This document shows positions 8,325 through 17,800 of a stretch of DNA of 64,000 bases, piece after piece (the first letter of the stretch is position 1; every line of letters begins with the position of its first letter). The notes under the pieces were generated by a model that searched no databases, was not told the origin of the DNA, and worked only from the letters and a program-made list of their open reading frames with translations. Origin of the DNA: Patescibacteria group bacterium (lineage in GTDB: Bacteria > Patescibacteriota > Patescibacteriia > PEXW01); the NCBI GenBank assembly GCA_041671325.1, contig JBAZBR010000004.1:4004-68003 (forward strand). Direction: 5' to 3'. A program made the translations under genes and the position numbers.

Positions 8325-9017
8325 ATGCAACGGATTCTTATTCTCGCCGGTTTGCTGCTCGCCTTGGTGTTGGCTGGGTGTAGTGAGCAGAGCGTCGCTC
8401 CAACTACGCAGGCCTCTGCTCAAGGTTTCTACTACGATGAAGTAGCTCAGACGTTGTTTCTGGATGGAAAAAGCATCGATCCAAGCGATGCGGCTATATG
8501 GTTGATTTCCAATCAGCCATCTAGCCAAGTTGTTCAAGAATTAGGAAAGATTCCTAATTCAATTCAAGAGCAGATTCTCAAAGCAGGAATGATCGCTATG
8601 GGGGTGAGTTCAGACACAGCAGCAGCTGTCCTAAAAGAACTATCTCTTCTGTTAGGACAAAAAGAGTCTTCCCAAGCAACTTCTGCCGCGGCTTGCCGGC
8701 AATTTATTGAATACCAGCCCTCCGCTGGTGCAACGGGCTGCAGAGGTTATTGGACGGATCCGTACTGTGATGGCGATCCTTCCGATAATGAGTACATTTT
8801 TGCATATTATCCGACCTGGTCGGATACGCCAGATGATGTGAGATGGTATACATACAATGCGTATGTGTACTATGCCTTGTGGGTGGCGTATCGTGCAAAT
8901 TTGCTTGCTCGTGATGCCTGTTCTCCGGGTGTATATCTTTGCATTGGCGATCGCGGCACCTGGCTCGCCGGCGGGCCAGTCGTTGTCAGTCTATATGTTC
9001 TTGTTGCTCATAACTGA
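8325..9017 (+). CDS. Lipoprotein, Cys-rich C-terminus
   Basis: Lipobox LAGC; aaaggag SD. Confidence 0.8.
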   Translation: MQRILILAGLLLALVLAGCSEQSVAPTTQASAQGFYYDEVAQTLFLDGKSIDPSDAAIWLISNQPSSQVVQELGKIPNSIQEQILKAGMIAMGVSSDTAAAVLKELSLLLGQKESSQATSAAACRQFIEYQPSAGATGCRGYWTDPYCDGDPSDNEYIFAYYPTWSDTPDDVRWYTYNAYVYYALWVAYRANLLARDACSPGVYLCIGDRGTWLAGGPVVVSLYVLVAHN

Positions 9018-9087
9018 AAAAAGAGGGGGAATGATTAATTGTCATTCTCCCTCATAAGTAAAAAATCTGTAAATCAATTTATTATTT

Positions 9088-9333
9088 ATGCTTAGGAAAT
9101 CTCAATTATCAAAAAGAATAATAATTTTAATCATAGTAGGGTACTATATTCTTGGTCTAGTTTTATTTTTAACCATCGGCAAGGATAGTCAGGCAGATTT
9201 TACAATGCAGCAAAGATTTGAAGAACTTCCCGGAAGTTTTCCAGAGTTGGCAATTTCTGGATTTTTTCAATACCTGATACTCCCCTTATTATGGCCAGCG
9301 CTTCTTATTTCAAAACTAATTATATTGTTATGA
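9088..9333 (+). CDS. Small membrane protein
   Basis: Two hydrophobic segments. Confidence 0.6.
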   Translation: MLRKSQLSKRIIILIIVGYYILGLVLFLTIGKDSQADFTMQQRFEELPGSFPELAISGFFQYLILPLLWPALLISKLIILL

Positions 9334-9611
9334 TCATCAAATTTCAGAATATCCTCAGACTTCTAAGCTTTGCGATTATCGGCGGTCTATGCTCCTTCGC
9401 TTTGAGTCTTTTTGGTTCACTGCTCTACCCCATGTCGATGTCGTCTTTATCTATTATTTCAATCGGCCTAAACATAACGGTTTGGCTGGGCATTATCCTT
9501 ACGGCAATATTCTTGAAGCAGCCCAAAAAAATCCCAGTACTTGTTTTTTTAATAGGTTTTATTTTTATTAGTCCATTTTTTTCGGGTTTAATTGTCACTT
9601 TAGGCGCTTAG
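9330..9611 (+). CDS. Small membrane protein
   Basis: Three hydrophobic segments; ATGA overlap with previous ORF. Confidence 0.6.
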   Translation: MIIKFQNILRLLSFAIIGGLCSFALSLFGSLLYPMSMSSLSIISIGLNITVWLGIILTAIFLKQPKKIPVLVFLIGFIFISPFFSGLIVTLGA

Positions 9612-9878
9612 TATTAAAAAAATAAAAAATGAAAAGGTGAGGTGAAAGTATTCGTGGAAAGAAAGGCCAAGAATGCACCTCACTAAAAGATTGAACCCAG
9701 TAACTGATTGTTCTTTAAAACTAAAGAAAGTGAGGTGATGTATTTGCCACACAAAGGCCTGGCATACCACAATGGGGGCTTTACTTAAGTAAAAAGGAGC
9801 TAAACCAGGAAACTTGTTGTCTTACTGACAAAACCTGAAAACTATTCCTCTATGTAGAGGGATAAAGGAGTAAAAAAC

Positions 9879-10688
9879 GTGAAAACTTCGAAAGTCTTGT
9901 CGATGATCGTTGCGATGTTATTCGTAGCCATAGGCACGCCCATGTACATGCAGGGCTGTTCCCAGAATGAAGGAACGTCAAACCTGCCAGCCAGGATTAC
10001 TGGTCCGGTGGACGCGGATTCTAATCTTGATGATGGGATTGGGACTGATGAAAACCAGACGCCAGATGTTGCTTATCGCTTATCTTCTGACCCAAGACAA
10101 GCGGTAAAACTAGAGTGTTTCTATGCCCTAAGCCAAGCCATTAATGGCTATTCTACGAAATCCATTAATGGCAATGCTGTGAGCAATTGGAATTTTATGG
10201 CCAACGACTTGAACGCTTACAACGTCATGAAGTCGCGCTATGGTTCCAATGCTTCTGTTTGGGGTTTGTATTACTCCAACCCAGCTTCGTATGGCTGTTA
10301 TGGTGGTTATGGCCGCGGCGGGCAGTGCGTACATTTCGTGAATTTGATTTTATATCGCAGTAGCGTTTATCAAGGTACGCTTCCGTCGTATGCTACCTGC
10401 CTGGCCAACTATAACAGCAGCCGTAGCTACACCAAGCCGTTCCGCCAACTCCGGGTGGGCGACATAATTCGCTCGTATAGCGCAAACGGCCATACGGCAA
10501 TTGTCGTAGCTATTTTAGCCGGAGTAGAAGGGTCGTCAGTGACATCCGTTGATGTAATTGATGCCAATTTTGTCGGCGGCATGGGTAACGAGATTATTGC
10601 CAGGCATATAATTTCCACGTCCGGATCGGGATATGGCGACCTGGATAATTATTATGCCGTCGATCTTATTGCTCTGGGTGGCCGTTAA
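9879..10688 (+). CDS. Secreted or lipoprotein CHAP/NlpC-like cysteine amidase
   Basis: GGQCVHFVN...VGDII...NGHTAIVV...VIDANF; signal peptide ending QGC. Confidence 0.7.
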   Translation: MKTSKVLSMIVAMLFVAIGTPMYMQGCSQNEGTSNLPARITGPVDADSNLDDGIGTDENQTPDVAYRLSSDPRQAVKLECFYALSQAINGYSTKSINGNAVSNWNFMANDLNAYNVMKSRYGSNASVWGLYYSNPASYGCYGGYGRGGQCVHFVNLILYRSSVYQGTLPSYATCLANYNSSRSYTKPFRQLRVGDIIRSYSANGHTAIVVAILAGVEGSSVTSVDVIDANFVGGMGNEIIARHIISTSGSGYGDLDNYYAVDLIALGGR

Positions 10689-10791
10689 TCACTTTGCTTT
10701 GCCAAAAATGTCTGGGGAAAAGCATTCATGCTTTTCCCCAGATGGCTAATTCATTTTAATATCAATTTTGTCTTTCAAATATCGAAAATTT

Positions 10792-11355
10792 ATGAAAAAT
10801 AAGCAACTCTTCTCAATTATTATCCCTGTAGTAGTCATTATATTAGCTATAGGTATTTATAAAGTTGCATCGATTTCAAAAAATTCTGACAATGAATCAA
10901 ACAGAACTAATGTCAGCAATGCGAATACCATTATTTATAAAACCGTAACTCTAGTTAATAGTAAGTATAGCTTTCAAATTCCCCAAGGTTATATTGCTTG
11001 TGAAAATTTTAATAAGCAAAATGTAAACGCAGCCTTAATTGCCTATGTCTGGTCGGATGGGACGTGTGATCATACCCAAGACGCTCCAGAAATTCAAGTG
11101 TTTGCTTATGCCAAGAATAATTTAAACCCCGAAAAATTTTTACGACAACGAGCAAGCGAAGGGTTTATGGATTTAAATCAGGATGCATTTAATCTTGAAA
11201 GCTTGAATGTCGGCACGCGGACAATAACTCAGATTTCAGTATCCAGGACAGAAACCTTTATTGCGGTTTTACCCTTGAATAGTAATTATTTTTTTGTGGC
11301 GACCCAATCACAATTAATAGGAGAAGCTAAAAAAATATTAGAGACCATTACTTAA
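10792..11355 (+). CDS. Membrane-anchored hypothetical protein
   Basis: N-terminal TM, Asn-rich linker, YSFQIP motif. Confidence 0.7.
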   Translation: MKNKQLFSIIIPVVVIILAIGIYKVASISKNSDNESNRTNVSNANTIIYKTVTLVNSKYSFQIPQGYIACENFNKQNVNAALIAYVWSDGTCDHTQDAPEIQVFAYAKNNLNPEKFLRQRASEGFMDLNQDAFNLESLNVGTRTITQISVSRTETFIAVLPLNSNYFFVATQSQLIGEAKKILETIT

Positions 11356-11490
11356 TTAACCCAAACCCAAACACCCGGGTCTTGGAAAGGAGATACCCGC
11401 GTGCTTGGTGATTTTGTCCGGATACCACTTTTGCTTTTACGCTCTTTTGGCATCCGAAAACCAGTATGAAGCAAACTCAAGAAAAGTCAA

Positions 11491-11595
11491 CCCCGCACCA
11501 CTTTTTAAGTAAATATCAATTGGCTACTTTAGGGTATTATTTTGGCGAATATCCTAACAAATTGTATAAATGTTTGTATAAAAAGTGGTGCGGGG
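11491..11595. mobile_element. MITE-like element
   Basis: 16-bp inverted repeats ccccgcaccacttttt/aaaaagtggtgcgggg; tcaa directly repeated on both flanks. Confidence 0.7.
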
Positions 11596-11660
11596 TCAAG
11601 CAAATTTGCCAATTTTCCCTTTAAATTAGCCATTTTTATTAAAGAAAGGGGGTGTATATT

Positions 11661-12071
11661 ATGAATTTGAATAAAGCTGTTTTAATGGGCAACTTAACCC
11701 ATGATCCTAAAGTCAAAAACCTGAATGGTAACCAAAAAGTCGCCACTTTTTCCGTGGCCACAAACTACGCGTGGCGTGATTACAAGACCAAGACCACTAA
11801 AGAGTCTGTGGAATTCCATCCGATCGTGGCCTGGGGCAAGTTAGCAGAAATCATCGAGAAGTACATGAAAAAAGGCGACCGGGTTTATGTGGAAGGCCGT
11901 TTGGCCACCCGTAAGTGGGAAGATAAAGAAAAGTTGAAGCACGAACGTACAGAAGTAGTTGCCCAAAACTTGATTATGTTAGGCTCCGCACGGAAAGGCG
12001 CGAAGCCCCAAGCGGTCGCAAACGCGGTCGCGCCAGAAGAAGGCGCTCTGGAAGAAGTTCCAGTGGCTTAA
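11661..12071 (+). CDS. ssb: Single-stranded DNA-binding protein
   Basis: MNLNKAVLMGNLT.DP...FSVATN...WGKLAE...VYVEGRL.TR.W. Confidence 0.93.
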   Translation: MNLNKAVLMGNLTHDPKVKNLNGNQKVATFSVATNYAWRDYKTKTTKESVEFHPIVAWGKLAEIIEKYMKKGDRVYVEGRLATRKWEDKEKLKHERTEVVAQNLIMLGSARKGAKPQAVANAVAPEEGALEEVPVA

Positions 12072-12232
12072 TTTTGGTTTGTTCTTTTTTAATTTGTAAT
12101 TAATTCAATTTCGTCCCCTTGTCCTCTCCCCGTTGATGAAAATTTGGCGGGGAGTGATAAGGAGAAGAAGGGGTGGTTTTAGTTCTAGGCGTAGTAAGAA
12201 GTATCGGTGTGGGTATTAGTTTTAGGAAAATT

Positions 12233-12457
12233 ATGCCAGAAAAAAATATTGAGATCGGTGACCAAGTCGAAGTCATAATCAATGGTCGGTTAATGAAACT
12301 AAAAATTGTTTCTGGTCCTGGGGATTTAAGTAAAGGTCAATTGAATGTAACTACGCCAGTGGGCCAAGCTATTCTTGGTCGGCGAGTCGGGGAGTCCTGT
12401 TCGTTAACAATAACTCCGCCAAAAACTTTAAATATTAAAATTATCAAGATTTTATGA
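12233..12457 (+). CDS. GreA/GreB C-terminal-domain-only protein
   Basis: IEIGDQV...GQLNVTTPVGQAILGRRVGE. Confidence 0.75.
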   Translation: MPEKNIEIGDQVEVIINGRLMKLKIVSGPGDLSKGQLNVTTPVGQAILGRRVGESCSLTITPPKTLNIKIIKIL

Positions 12458-14391
12458 AAAAGTTTTATTTGTTATCAATATTAATATTTATCATGCCATT
12501 TAAGTTTGCTCATGCGACCGTAGCCAATCACATAGTCATCGGCGAAATCCAGATCAGCGGCGCCACTGGCTTTAGCACGGATGAATTCGTCGAGCTTTAT
12601 AATCCTTTGGATAATTCAGTTGACCTTACGGGTTGGCAATTAATCAAAAGGACAGCCAGTGGCGCCGCCTATCCGCTTATTGATTCCTTCGAATTATCAC
12701 AAATTCCAGCGCATGGCTATTTTTTAATTGCTCATCCAACGGGCTACAAAGGCGCTATTAATCCAGACGCGCGCTATTCAACCACCAATTCCATTTCTTC
12801 TGATAACAGCGTGGAATTAGTAAATACCCAAGGCATTGTAGATTTGGTCGGCTGGGGTAAAGCAACGCATCTTGAAAATCAAGTCGCTTTAAATCCTGGA
12901 AATTCCAAAAGCTTGGAAAGAAAAGCTTTAATCAGTTCAACCCAAGATACCATGAAAGATGGTGGCGCTGACATGTTTCGGGGTAATGGCGAGGATACGG
13001 ATAATAATGGCAATGATTTGGTGATTCGTGAAAATCCTGAACCGCAAAACACAGCTTCGGATTTGGAATTCATTAACGCCGCTGCGCCTGTGACGCCAAT
13101 CACCCAGCCCGTAAATACGAATTCCAACGTCAATACCAATACTAATTCAGTTAGCAATCAAAGCCAGAGTATTATAATCGGGCCTAAAACTTTAATAATC
13201 ACTGAATTGTTCCCCAACCCCAAAGGAGATGATTCTAAAGAGGAATTTATTGAAATATTTAATTTTGGCGAAGAAGCTATTGATTTGAAAAATTGGAAAG
13301 TTGAGGATACCTCCAAATCCAGTTTTACTTTTCCAGTCTTGGTTTTATCACCAGGAAAATATTACGCAGTGAAAAGGCCAGAATCTGGTATTGCCTTGAA
13401 TAATACCGGCGGCGATACTGTAAATTTAGTTTCACCAGATGGTGAAACTGTGTCCAGCGTGAAATATAAGGAGGCGGCGGCTGAAGCGCGGGCATATGCC
13501 TATATAAATAAGGAGTGGATTTGGACCAATAAACCAACGCCTGGCGCGGATAACGTTTTTACTGATCCAAACAACCCGCCGGTGGCCATAATTAAGGAAG
13601 TTGAAACTGAAATAAAAGTCAGGCAAGAAATTCAATTTTCAGCCGCAGAGTCTTCTGATCCAGATGGCGATGACCTGGATTTTGTTTGGGATTTTAGTGA
13701 TGGTAAAACAGACCAAGGCTCCAAAGTCAAACACGTCTTTGCAAAGCCCGGAAAATTTATTGTTACCCTGATTGCCAAGGATTCCAAAGGTAAAGTTAGC
13801 CAAAGCAAAATTACTATTAAAGTAAGTGATTACCAGAAAAGTAAAGACTTGAGCATATCTGCCTTAATGCCTAATCCTGTAGAAGGGGAGGAAGAGTGGG
13901 TGGAAATCCAAAATTCTGGATCCAAGCCAGTAAATCTGGAAGCTTGGCAATTAAAATCCAAAACAAAGATTACTAAATTATCTGGCATGATTAATGCCAA
14001 AACCATCCTTCGTTTGACTGAAGAAGATTTGAATTTCACTTTGCGGAATGACGGGGCAACAATTGAGTTTTTGGATCCAGATGGGAAAATAATAAGTTCA
14101 GTAACATATCCTAAGGCTAAAAAAGGTGAAAAGTTTATTAAGGACTCGTCTGGTAGATATATTTCGGATTTGAGCCAGGAGCTTGGCGGCTTAGTCGAAC
14201 CAAAAAATCCAAATTCCACAGGTAAGGTCGAAGGCGAGAATGTTGAAAAAGCCGTTGCCACAACCCAACCCATAAATCTTTCTGATCAGGAAAAAGCCAA
14301 TAATTCTCTGCCCATTTGGTCATGGTTGGTAGTTGGTGGTGGGCTGGGCGGAGGCTGGCTGATTTGGGAAATTATCAGGAAAAAGCATTAA
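12454..14391 (+). CDS. Secreted lamin-tail-domain/PKD protein with C-terminal TM
   Basis: Three LTD-like repeats (EFVELYN, EFIEIFN, EWVEIQN); PKD-like WDFSDG. Confidence 0.85.
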   Translation: MKKFYLLSILIFIMPFKFAHATVANHIVIGEIQISGATGFSTDEFVELYNPLDNSVDLTGWQLIKRTASGAAYPLIDSFELSQIPAHGYFLIAHPTGYKGAINPDARYSTTNSISSDNSVELVNTQGIVDLVGWGKATHLENQVALNPGNSKSLERKALISSTQDTMKDGGADMFRGNGEDTDNNGNDLVIRENPEPQNTASDLEFINAAAPVTPITQPVNTNSNVNTNTNSVSNQSQSIIIGPKTLIITELFPNPKGDDSKEEFIEIFNFGEEAIDLKNWKVEDTSKSSFTFPVLVLSPGKYYAVKRPESGIALNNTGGDTVNLVSPDGETVSSVKYKEAAAEARAYAYINKEWIWTNKPTPGADNVFTDPNNPPVAIIKEVETEIKVRQEIQFSAAESSDPDGDDLDFVWDFSDGKTDQGSKVKHVFAKPGKFIVTLIAKDSKGKVSQSKITIKVSDYQKSKDLSISALMPNPVEGEEEWVEIQNSGSKPVNLEAWQLKSKTKITKLSGMINAKTILRLTEEDLNFTLRNDGATIEFLDPDGKIISSVTYPKAKKGEKFIKDSSGRYISDLSQELGGLVEPKNPNSTGKVEGENVEKAVATTQPINLSDQEKANNSLPIWSWLVVGGGLGGGWLIWEIIRKKH

Positions 14392-14434
14392 GCAACGGAG
14401 TACCTTAAAAAAGCAGGGTTTTTAGTGTATAGTA

Positions 14435-14848
14435 ATGGATATGGCACTGAGCCGAAAAATTCCAAAACAGAAAGTCAAACCCTTGATTTTGGTCGTGGAA
14501 GACGAGATTTCCGTGGCCGCGGCCTTGCGGGAAAATTTAGTTGAAAGGGGTTATAACGTTGAAGTGGCAAAAGACGGCATTGAAGCCATTGAAAAAGCCC
14601 GGTCTTTAAAACCCGCGGCAATTATTTTGGATTTGGGTTTGCCAAAACAGAATGGCCTGCAAGTAATTGAAAGGCTTAAGTCGACCAAAGCGGATTTCAG
14701 CATCCCGGTAATCGTGCTTTCGCAGGTGGAAAGTACGGTCGTCCTGCAAAAGTGCGAAGAGTTAGGCATGTCATGCTATTTCGTTAAAACCCACACCTCA
14801 ATTCAAAAAGTGATTGATACAGTCTTAAAGACTGTACCTTTAAGATAA
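14435..14848 (+). CDS. Stand-alone response regulator receiver
   Basis: ILVVEDE...IILDLGLPKQNG...IPVIVLS...YFVK. Confidence 0.9.
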   Translation: MDMALSRKIPKQKVKPLILVVEDEISVAAALRENLVERGYNVEVAKDGIEAIEKARSLKPAAIILDLGLPKQNGLQVIERLKSTKADFSIPVIVLSQVESTVVLQKCEELGMSCYFVKTHTSIQKVIDTVLKTVPLR

Positions 14849-14878
14849 TAATTTTTTAATTCCTTAATTTTTAACCAT

Positions 14879-17800
14879 ATGGCGCTAAGACTTTGGTCAT
14901 CCAAACCAATTCGCGCATGGCTTTTTAGCGTTTGCGCAATTGCTCTTATCTTAGTCGGTCTGGGAGCATATTTTAAGTTTTTTTATCAACCTGCCAAGAC
15001 TGGACCACAAGCCTTTGACAAAGTAGTTATTCCGGCTGATGCAAAGCTTGGGCAATTTTTCTTGCAACCCACCAAAGCTGACGCCCTCGGCGTGGAAACC
15101 GACACCGCCTTTACTTTAAAAAGCAGCATCCCAATCCAGAAAAAAGACATAGAAGTTTCTTTAAGCATATTGCCAAAAGTGGATTTGGCAATTGCCTCAG
15201 TAAGCGATAAAGAATTTACCATCACACCCAAAGAAAAATTAGCTGCCGGTTCGGTTTATAAGATCAGCCTGGGTACTACGGTGAAGTCCGATACAGGTTC
15301 AGAAAAGCAGATTTTTTCCTGGGCCTACCAACCCAAAGAAAGTTTGGAAATTGACGGAACCTTGCCCAAGAACAAAGCCACAGGCGTACCCTTGAACACC
15401 GGCATTGAAGTGACATTCAATACTGATAAGGTAAAAGATTTTGAAAAAAATATTACTTTTTCACCTGCTCTGGAGGGACGTTTTGAAAAACACGGCCGAG
15501 TTGTGGCTTTTGTACCTAAAGAGCGTTTGCGGCCAAGTACCCTGTATTCAGTTGTGGTGGCTAAGGGCTTGCCGATTAATGGTTCTTCAGTCAGTTTAGC
15601 TAGTGATTTCATTTTTAAATTTGAAACCGCCGGCACAGATGATAATAATGGTTATAGTTATCCTGATTTTTTTGATCCCTCATTCCACGCGGTCAAGCCT
15701 GGTGAAGCGCCGGTAATTGAATCAAATAATACAATTGGAGACCTTACTTCTTCAAAGGCAGTGGTTTATAAATTCAAGGATAATGCGGAGCTGGTTGAAC
15801 GTTTAAAACCCCTGGATGAAATTCCAGAATGGGCCTATTGGTCCAGGAAGCAAGCACTGATTAAGCTTGAGGGTTTGCACAAGATCGGGGAATACACGCC
15901 GACTGTGGAAATTCATGATTACCAAAGATTCATCCGCATGCCTAATGGTTTTGATGCGCGTTATTATGTTATGGATTTAACTTTAAATAAGCAGCGTTTG
16001 CAGACCGTGGTGGCGGTCAGCGAAATTGGGGCGGCCATGTATGCCAGCAGGCAAGAGGCGGTTTTATGGGTTCAAGATTTAAAAACTAAGGAACCTTTGG
16101 TTGGCGGAAGCGTCAAGAATTTGGAAAGTTCAGAGGAAAAGATCATTGATAAAGATGGTTTAGCAAAATTGAAAACCCCGTCGGCGGTAACTGGCGGGAA
16201 TGATTCTTTGGCCACCCGTTCTTACTTTTCAGTCACAGCCAAGGACGGCCGGAATTTGATCGTGCCAATTGCCCAAAATTTTTACGGCAGTTGGATGAAT
16301 TATGGCATGGGCTGGCGCAGCAGTAATCCGGATTATTGGGCTTATGTTTCCACCGATCGGACACTATACCGACCAGATGACACGGTAAACGTTTGGGGCG
16401 TGGTCAGGGATAGGCAGGCCACAAATTTTACTGACCAGGAAGTTAAAATGGAAATTTGGACTTGGAATTATGTGGATGGCAACAGTGATTACATCCCGCT
16501 GGTTACCGAGACAGTCAAGACTGGTGAATATGGCAATTATATAAAATCCATAAAACTAGACCACCTGACCTCAGGCAGCTACACTTTATCAGTCAAGAAT
16601 TCTAACAATGAAATTATTGCCTCGAAATATTTTGAGGTCAGGACTTTTGCCAAACCGGCTTACCAAATCTTGGTTACCCCGGATAAGTTAGCCGGATTTG
16701 ATGGCGAAGAAATTACCTACAGCATCCAGACCCAATTTTTTGACGGTACGCCAGCACCGAACATTAAATTGGCTTATTCGGATTACGGCCAGGCAGGCGA
16801 AGCAGGGACTAAAATCATTACGGATGCGCAAGGCAAAGCTTCAGTTAAAGTCACTATCAACGCCAAAGACCCGAAGAACATCCAGTACATCCATAAAAGT
16901 TTCTTCCCGCAAGACGCAGCTGAAGGCGATATTGTGGCTGACACGGACGTGATTGGCTATCCTAGCGCAGTGACTTTTGACCCAACTGGCCAATTTGAAG
17001 GCAACAACGCCAAAATTTCTTTGACTTTATCCACGATCGACACCAGCAAAGTGAATACCACTTGGTATTATATGCAAGATATTAAGGGCGTGATTGTGCC
17101 GAATTCAGAAATAACTGGTACGGTTTATGAACAAATTACAAAAAAAACTAAAAGAGGAGAAGAATATAATTTCATTGAAAAAACCGTGGTGGATTTGTAT
17201 GACTATACCACCACTGATGAAAAACGTGAAGATTTTTCCGGCCTGACTAATGATAAAGGAATTTTTGAAAAAGAATTTAACTTAACCGGCACGCAATATC
17301 GGATTGATATTACGGCAAAAGACCAGAATGGGCGCAAGGTTACGCGCTCGGTTTATCTTTATAAAGACGGTTACCACGAATACAGCCAGAACAATGATTA
17401 TATGGTTACTGATGCCCAAGACCTGGCTGATGCCAACGGTGTTTCAAAGAAATATAACATCGGCGAAACCACGGAAATCCGCTTAATAAAAAATGGCCAG
17501 CCAGTCAAAGGCAAGGGGCCTTTCCTGTTCATTAAGATGCAAAACGGTATTAAAGAAGTAAGCGTAAAAGATGTTTCAACTTTTAAATATGTTTTTAAGG
17601 CTGAAGACGCGCCGAATATTAGTTTTTCCGCAGCCTACTTTAATGGCAGTAGTTTTATCCTGACTAATTATTCGGCCAATTTAGTTTTCAATGAACAGAG
17701 CCGGGCTTTAAACCTTAAGCTTGAACCCGGCCAGGCAACTTACGCGCCAGGCGATAAAGCCAAATTAAAAGTTACAGTGACTAATAAGCAAAATCAGCCA

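Noticed and set aside
9630-9780. c-di-GMP or other known riboswitch
   Set aside because: Hallmark motifs could not be matched by eye; kept only as an unassigned structured leader.
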